Of a DNA stretch of 61,275 nucleotides, positions 56,195 through 61,275 are shown piece after piece. The notes beneath the pieces are model-generated. The model was given only the letters and a program-made list of their open reading frames with translations, searched no databases and had not been told where the DNA came from. The position numbers were made by a program, and so were the translations under genes. Each line of letters opens with the position of its first letter. Position 1 is the first letter of the stretch. The stretch comes from a virus (taxonomy: Duplodnaviria > Caudoviricetes). Where the stretch lies: the IMG/VR virus record IMGVR_UViG_3300027769_000034, positions 1-61,275 of that record; one strand, 5' to 3'.

Positions 56195-56219
56195 GACTTT
56201 AGGTAAGGCTCTGCTTTAC

Positions 56220-56477
56220 TTACTCTACAACCTCTGCTTCGGGAGCAGGAGCTGGGGTGAACTCGCCGGTCTCAAGGTCTACTGACCCGTCACCGTGCTC
56301 AGCTTGGATGGCATCAGTAGCCTCCTTGCCTTTTGCCTGCTGCTCTTCGTACGCCTTAAGAAGGGCGTCCTTGCGCAGCTCAGCAAGAGCGATTGCACCT
56401 AGTTCCATTTGGATAGCCTGAAGATTCTTCTGGACTTCCTTTACTGCGTCGAGCAGCTCTTGTTTGACTTTCGCCAT
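56220..56477 (-). CDS. Small coiled-coil protein
   Basis: HGDGSVDLETGEF C-terminal motif; tail-fibre neighbourhood. Confidence 0.7.
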   Translation of the reverse strand: MAKVKQELLDAVKEVQKNLQAIQMELGAIALAELRKDALLKAYEEQQAKGKEATDAIQAEHGDGSVDLETGEFTPAPAPEAEVVE

Positions 56478-56504
56478 TTTAATTGAAGTTTGAGGTTAGT
56501 AAAG

Positions 56505-56891
56505 TTATTCAGCTACGGGAGCGGGAGGCACTGGTGCCGGCTCACCGATAACTAAGGTGATGCTGGTCGGATTGATTTGTGAAGCAATCTGGTTAGCAAC
56601 AGAGGTTTCGAGGTTAGCAACCTGCTCTTCACCCATTGCTGCGGTGCACCAGCCAGTTGCAATCTCGTTGGTAAGTTCGTCGAATGGGATGAAGGTAGCT
56701 GGGTCGATGTCGTCAGCGGTAACCATCTGCGTTCCGATAACGGTAGCAGAGTAGGTCTTGCCTCCAGACTCTTCGGTTCCGGTTAGGCGCCAGTGGATGT
56801 TGTATACAACGTCATCCAGCTCTACGCCTTGCTCATCTTTGGTGGGGTAGCAGTCAACTGTGCGGCAATCCCAAGAATAGATAATGGCCAT
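56505..56891 (-). CDS. Tail-fibre-associated protein
   Basis: DVVYNIHW...FIPFDELT...GW. Confidence 0.65.
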   Translation of the reverse strand: MAIIYSWDCRTVDCYPTKDEQGVELDDVVYNIHWRLTGTEESGGKTYSATVIGTQMVTADDIDPATFIPFDELTNEIATGWCTAAMGEEQVANLETSVANQIASQINPTSITLVIGEPAPVPPAPVAE

Positions 56892-56933
56892 TTGTGTTTT
56901 GTTTACTAATTAGTGAGACAAATATACGAAATA

Positions 56934-57362
56934 CTAACAACCCTCTGAACTCTCTACAAGTCCAGTGTTTGGAAACTTAAGTATGTAATACGACGCATTA
57001 CATTCACTCGACTTATACCACTTATCGCCTCCGTCAAACTTGTTTGTTAGTGCGGTGTCTGTGAATACGTATGTTCCTATTGACGGACAAGCCTGGGTTC
57101 CTCCACTTCCTGCAAAGTACAGGGTTAGATTGTCTGCGTCACCAAATGTACAAGCCTCTGACGAAGAGGTATATCCAACGCTATTTATCTGGAAATAGTT
57201 GTAGTTGGCATACGAGTATCCATAGAACTCAGATATAGCATCAGGAGTTGAGAATCCTGCGATATTAGACAACGACCGGAGAGAGCTGTTGGCCTGTGAC
57301 TGCTGAAGCTCTACTCTGATGTCGTTGATGCTTAAAGGGCCGGATGAGGGTAGAGGGGACAT
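56934..57362 (-). CDS. Small tail-associated protein
   Basis: LPSSGPLSINDI..EL...SL..LS...ISEFYG N-terminal motif. Confidence 0.65.
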   Translation of the reverse strand: MSPLPSSGPLSINDIRVELQQSQANSSLRSLSNIAGFSTPDAISEFYGYSYANYNYFQINSVGYTSSSEACTFGDADNLTLYFAGSGGTQACPSIGTYVFTDTALTNKFDGGDKWYKSSECNASYYILKFPNTGLVESSEGC

Positions 57363-57976
57363 ATATAAGACCATTTATAGCCGAAGGCTTGTTTGTATTT
57401 TACGAACGTCAACTTTGTTTTTCTTTCATTTCTAACCTTCCATCTTCCTCCGTCAATAAAGGTTTTTATTTCAGAAGCAGCGTTATCTTTTTTACCTATA
57501 GACCTACAAGCATCAGCCAATGAATTATGTATAGCTATTAAGTTCCAATCCATATCGTATTGGCAAACTGGTATTTGACCATTCCCTTTATGTCCCTTTA
57601 ACGATTCTGATAATGCTTTACGATGTGATTCACTTTTAGGTCTTTTTGCGGCAGCGTGGAATCTTTTTCGCCCATCTTCACTGATGCAATGATACGTGTT
57701 CCCACCCTGACCCTCTTCATTCGTTAGATTTGCAAACCTATCAGATTCAATTACACGAAGCTTTTCAGAAATCTTTTTGGCGTAAAAAGAGAATCTATCT
57801 TTATTGTCATCACTATATATAACCATAGTTGATACATCTATTGGCTTATACTCGTGTTTCTTCAAGTGTCTACGCCAAATAGTGCCGCTACCTGTGTAAT
57901 TATATGGGTCTCTAATTGTTTTTCCCAAATACATAAGCCCACCTGGAGATTCCTTGATATATAAATGAATAGACAT
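57332..57976 (-). mobile_element. Free-standing homing endonuclease (GIY-YIG/Seg-like with NUMOD3 and NUMOD1 repeats)
   Basis: LYIK...YLGKT...YTGSG..W..HLKKH; KSESHRKALSESLKG; VCQYD...HNSLADA; AT-rich. Confidence 0.75.
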
Positions 57977-60900
57977 TACTTAAGCTTCTTTTCAAGTTCT
58001 TCAACACGAGCAGCAAGTTCTTTGTTTGCCTCAATCAAGAGCGCAATCATCTTCTCGTAGCGTACCGATAGGTATCCGCTATCGTTGGTGCGGACAGCTT
58101 CTGGAAGTACAGCCTGCACGTCTTGAGCAATGATACCTACGTCGTGGCCGTGGTATCCGTGGACGTGAGCCGTCTCTTCCTTCCAGTCGAATTCTACACC
58201 AGTGAGCGTCTTCACCTTCTCGAGTGCGTTCTCGATTGGCGTTACGTTCTCCTTGAGGCGCTGGTCAGAGGTAGAGTATGCTACGATGTCATTAGATGCA
58301 TCAATACGTCCATCGGTGGCGTTGGGCGCTACGCCAACTCCTAAGGAACCAGAGGTAATTCGTGCATCTCCAACAACGTCTAGCTTGTACGATGGCCCCG
58401 TCGTCCCAATGCCGACGTTGCCGGAGTTGGTAATACGCATACGTTCAGTCTGAGAACCTATGTTTGTAGTACTAGAGTTGAATGTAATCCCACTATAACC
58501 ATCAATCCTAACTACATTACTAGGAAAACTAATACCTGCAGAATCTGCGGCGGAGCCATTGTAAAGCTTATTAGCTGAAAAAATACTAATGTTCCCGTCT
58601 ACTGCTAATTTATCAGTAGGACTCGTGGTGCCAATACCAACGTTACCACTTGAGTTGATAAACATCCGGCTGGATGTGTTGGTGATGAAGTCAAGAGAGT
58701 CTGTTGCAATGTCTCCTTTAACTCGTGCGTCGTCAGAACCCAGAACAAAACCGTTGAGGTTGGTAGCTGTTGCGTACTCAGCGTAGTTGATGATTCCGGT
58801 AGTCGGAGACACCCGAGCTAGGATAGCCTTGTTACCAATGCTGTTGATTCCTTGGAACGAGTTGTTGTAGGTTACGATTACGTTTCCATCTACGTGGAGC
58901 TTTTCGGAAGGACTCGTCGTTCCAATGCCGACGTTGCCAGCTGCGGTGATACGCATCCGTTCCGAACTATTGGTGCTTATAGCAAAAGTTCCATCCGTTG
59001 GATAATCAAGCGTAACGCTATTTGAAACACCCCAACGACCCAAACGAACAACCTCGCCATAAGAACCAACACGTTGAAACAATGCTCCAACATCGTTAAA
59101 ACTATTGTAAATTATGTTTTGACCCGAGTTTGCGCCAACACCAACGGAACCGGAAACCTCAAGTTTATACCCCGGCGCAGTCGTGCCAATGCCCACGTTG
59201 CCACCAGCGACGATACGCATATTTTCAGAGCCAAGTGTTCCAAATGAAATGTAATTCCCAGCACCATATTGAACGAATTTTGTAGGCTTTCCTGAGAATT
59301 CAAATCTATTGGTTACTGTATCCCAATGTCCAACATTGATGACTCCAGTCCCATCTGTGACCCTAAATGAATCTGCTGATGATGAAGTTGTTGTTAGAAC
59401 TGTTAGGCGTGCTCCAGGACTCGTCGTGCCAATACCGACGTTGCCGCTCGCAGCAATAATTACTTGAGTCGTATTATTTTCACGGAACTGAATTGTGGCT
59501 CCTGTTGGTCTATTTATGTATAATGTTGAATCCGTTGGCGACGACAAAATGTTGTAGTTTGACGTGCTTAGTGTTCCATTAAGAGATATTCCAGTATAGT
59601 TTCCACTGCCAAATCCAGCATCTCCAATTTTAGCAACGCCTGTTCCGCTACCAACAACAACAAGTTTTGCATCCGGACTCGTAGTGCCAATGCCGACGTT
59701 GCCTGCGCTGGTTATTGCTGCATAAGTTGTGCCTCCCCCTGCGCTTCTAAACCTATGAGCATTATTGTCGTAGTAGTTTGTCCTATCCGCACTATCTCCT
59801 AAGTAGATTGAGATAGCTCCTTCCGGATTGTGAATGTTTGTATACGTAGAAGATGCTGAAATCGTATCAAAACCGTTTATCTTATACGTATAAGAAACGC
59901 TATTTATATTGATATTACCAGCAACATCTAGCTTTTGAGTAGGACTCGTCGTGCCAATGCCGACATTGCCTGATGTGGTGATTCGAACTGCTTCTGTTGT
60001 ACCGGGAGAGAATATAAGATTGGTACTAGAGTATAAAGTAGTTCCATTAGAATCAACATTTAATGCTCCAGCTCTTGTTCCGTCACCAAAAGCTAAACCA
60101 TTTCCAACACTATATCCAGTTGAGCCTACGCTACCTATTTGCAATGCAGAAGCTGGACTCGTCGTACCAATGCCGACGTTGCCAGAGCTCGTAATGCGCA
60201 TTCGTTCTCCTCCATTGGTCTGGAATCCCATATAGTTATCACCGTGGTAATACCATATCTGACCAACATAGGTGTCAGCACCAGCCCCATCACCAAACAG
60301 AATGTATCCATATCCAGTGGTGGACGTTAGGATGTTTAATCCGTTCTGAGCGTCGGATGTGTTACCTACTTGGAGCTTTGTGCCAGAATAACCAACAGTA
60401 GTTCCGCCAACGATAAGCTGTCCACCTGTAGTGAGGCGCATCTTCTCACTTCCTGACGTAGTGAATACTGCCGTAGTATGAGCCTCAACATACATAGTAG
60501 AAGCCCCGTAGATGTAGTTCTTAACCCCTGAAGGACCAAATGCTACACCACCCGCACTAGAGCCTTGGATGTCTAACGTAGTGATTCCTGTTCCAATTGA
60601 TGCTGGAGTAGTTGTTCCAATACCGACATTGCCACCATCAGCCTTAATTGTAATTCTTGGAGTCATTGTTCCGCCAACATTTTGACGGACGTAAATATCT
60701 CCGTAAACCTGGCCACTAACAGCTTGATATGTATTGTCTATGTATGATACAGCACTATTGGCGTTATATAGCAAATGAAGACCGTGAGCATCAGAGCCAT
60801 TGTAGCTTATCTTGATTCCGTGGTCATTAGCAGAGGTATTGTTTACTCTAATAAATGGGTTGGTTCCTTCAACCTGAAGCTTGGAGCCCGGACTCGTAGT

Positions 60901-61275
60901 GCCGATACCAACGTTGCCTGCGTCTGTTACAGTAAACGTAGTGGTCATAGTTAAGTCACCACCAATAGCCGTATTAACAGCAGTAGTGCTAGACAATACG
61001 CTAAAGCTTCCAGAAGCTAGACGAAGAAGACCTCTGACCCCAGAAAAGTTTTCAAATGTCGAAACATATCCAGAAGCTCCACTTTTACCAGTAGCTCCGT
61101 ATCCAATAAGAACCGCACCACTAGAGTACTCTGAGCCTATTGAGCCTATGTAGTTGGGAGATGCGTATGATTGGTAAATAATAGGTCCACCTGCTACAGA
61201 AGATGGTCCTGCTTGAATGGCTCCGTTAACTTGAAGCTTTTGTGCTGGACTCGTCGTCCCAATGCCGACGTTGCC
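57976..61275 (-). CDS. Modular tail fibre with C-terminal intramolecular chaperone (peptidase S74-like); 5' end outside window
   Basis: Frame open to 61275; eleven GNVGIGTT repeats; SDQRLKEN...GIIAQDV..VLPEAV...V.Y...LLIEA.KEL. Confidence 0.9.
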   Translation of the reverse strand, partial: GNVGIGTTSPAQKLQVNGAIQAGPSSVAGGPIIYQSYASPNYIGSIGSEYSSGAVLIGYGATGKSGASGYVSTFENFSGVRGLLRLASGSFSVLSSTTAVNTAIGGDLTMTTTFTVTDAGNVGIGTTSPGSKLQVEGTNPFIRVNNTSANDHGIKISYNGSDAHGLHLLYNANSAVSYIDNTYQAVSGQVYGDIYVRQNVGGTMTPRITIKADGGNVGIGTTTPASIGTGITTLDIQGSSAGGVAFGPSGVKNYIYGASTMYVEAHTTAVFTTSGSEKMRLTTGGQLIVGGTTVGYSGTKLQVGNTSDAQNGLNILTSTTGYGYILFGDGAGADTYVGQIWYYHGDNYMGFQTNGGERMRITSSGNVGIGTTSPASALQIGSVGSTGYSVGNGLAFGDGTRAGALNVDSNGTTLYSSTNLIFSPGTTEAVRITTSGNVGIGTTSPTQKLDVAGNININSVSYTYKINGFDTISASSTYTNIHNPEGAISIYLGDSADRTNYYDNNAHRFRSAGGGTTYAAITSAGNVGIGTTSPDAKLVVVGSGTGVAKIGDAGFGSGNYTGISLNGTLSTSNYNILSSPTDSTLYINRPTGATIQFRENNTTQVIIAASGNVGIGTTSPGARLTVLTTTSSSADSFRVTDGTGVINVGHWDTVTNRFEFSGKPTKFVQYGAGNYISFGTLGSENMRIVAGGNVGIGTTAPGYKLEVSGSVGVGANSGQNIIYNSFNDVGALFQRVGSYGEVVRLGRWGVSNSVTLDYPTDGTFAISTNSSERMRITAAGNVGIGTTSPSEKLHVDGNVIVTYNNSFQGINSIGNKAILARVSPTTGIINYAEYATATNLNGFVLGSDDARVKGDIATDSLDFITNTSSRMFINSSGNVGIGTTSPTDKLAVDGNISIFSANKLYNGSAADSAGISFPSNVVRIDGYSGITFNSSTTNIGSQTERMRITNSGNVGIGTTGPSYKLDVVGDARITSGSLGVGVAPNATDGRIDASNDIVAYSTSDQRLKENVTPIENALEKVKTLTGVEFDWKEETAHVHGYHGHDVGIIAQDVQAVLPEAVRTNDSGYLSVRYEKMIALLIEANKELAARVEELEKKLK
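58394..61275 (-). repeat. Eleven 29-nt repeats encoding GNVGIGTTxP
   Basis: Plus-strand starts 58394, 58619, 58910, 59174, 59417, 59675, 59942, 60155, 60605, 60890, 61247. Confidence 0.9.

Noticed and set aside
57976-61275. Diversity-generating retroelement or invertase shufflon at the tail fibre
   Set aside because: No reverse transcriptase or recombinase seen, no template/variable repeat pair, and all repeats are direct and in frame.

Overview
This window is most of the genome of a tailed dsDNA bacteriophage with a podovirus-like gene set. The host is very likely Bacteroidota, because TAnnTTTG (-7) promoter boxes precede many genes and Shine-Dalgarno sites are not evident. Both ends lie inside minus-strand tail-fibre ORFs, so the contig is probably a near-complete, circularly permuted genome broken at fibre repeats. 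Layout: (i) 1-10.6 kb minus: tail genes, portal, terminase, a GroES-like gene, a cluster of tiny basic MKAKK proteins and an M15 endolysin. (ii) 11.2-12.6 kb: non-coding, with two promoter-driven, highly structured candidate RNAs. (iii) 12.6-32.7 kb plus: early and replication genes (DUF932, ssDNA-annealing protein, tRNA-Arg, MazG-like, primase-helicase, endonuclease I-like, glycosyltransferase, NrdB/NrdA, RecE-like exonuclease), including a repeat-joined array of small ORFs at 20.2-22.6 kb. (iv) 32.8-61.3 kb minus: lipoprotein, a 3298-aa polyvalent protein, tail, capsid, scaffold, membrane/lysis genes, a homing endonuclease and a modular tail fibre. No DNA polymerase, integrase, reverse transcriptase or Cas gene is recognisable. 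The best candidates for new biology are the RNA layer of the early region (a ~460-nt structured RNA, tRNA-like minihelices and an sRNA-like element antisense to early start sites) and the TAACACCAACGAGAAATGA-joined cassette array. All family names come from motif recognition by eye, not database searches.
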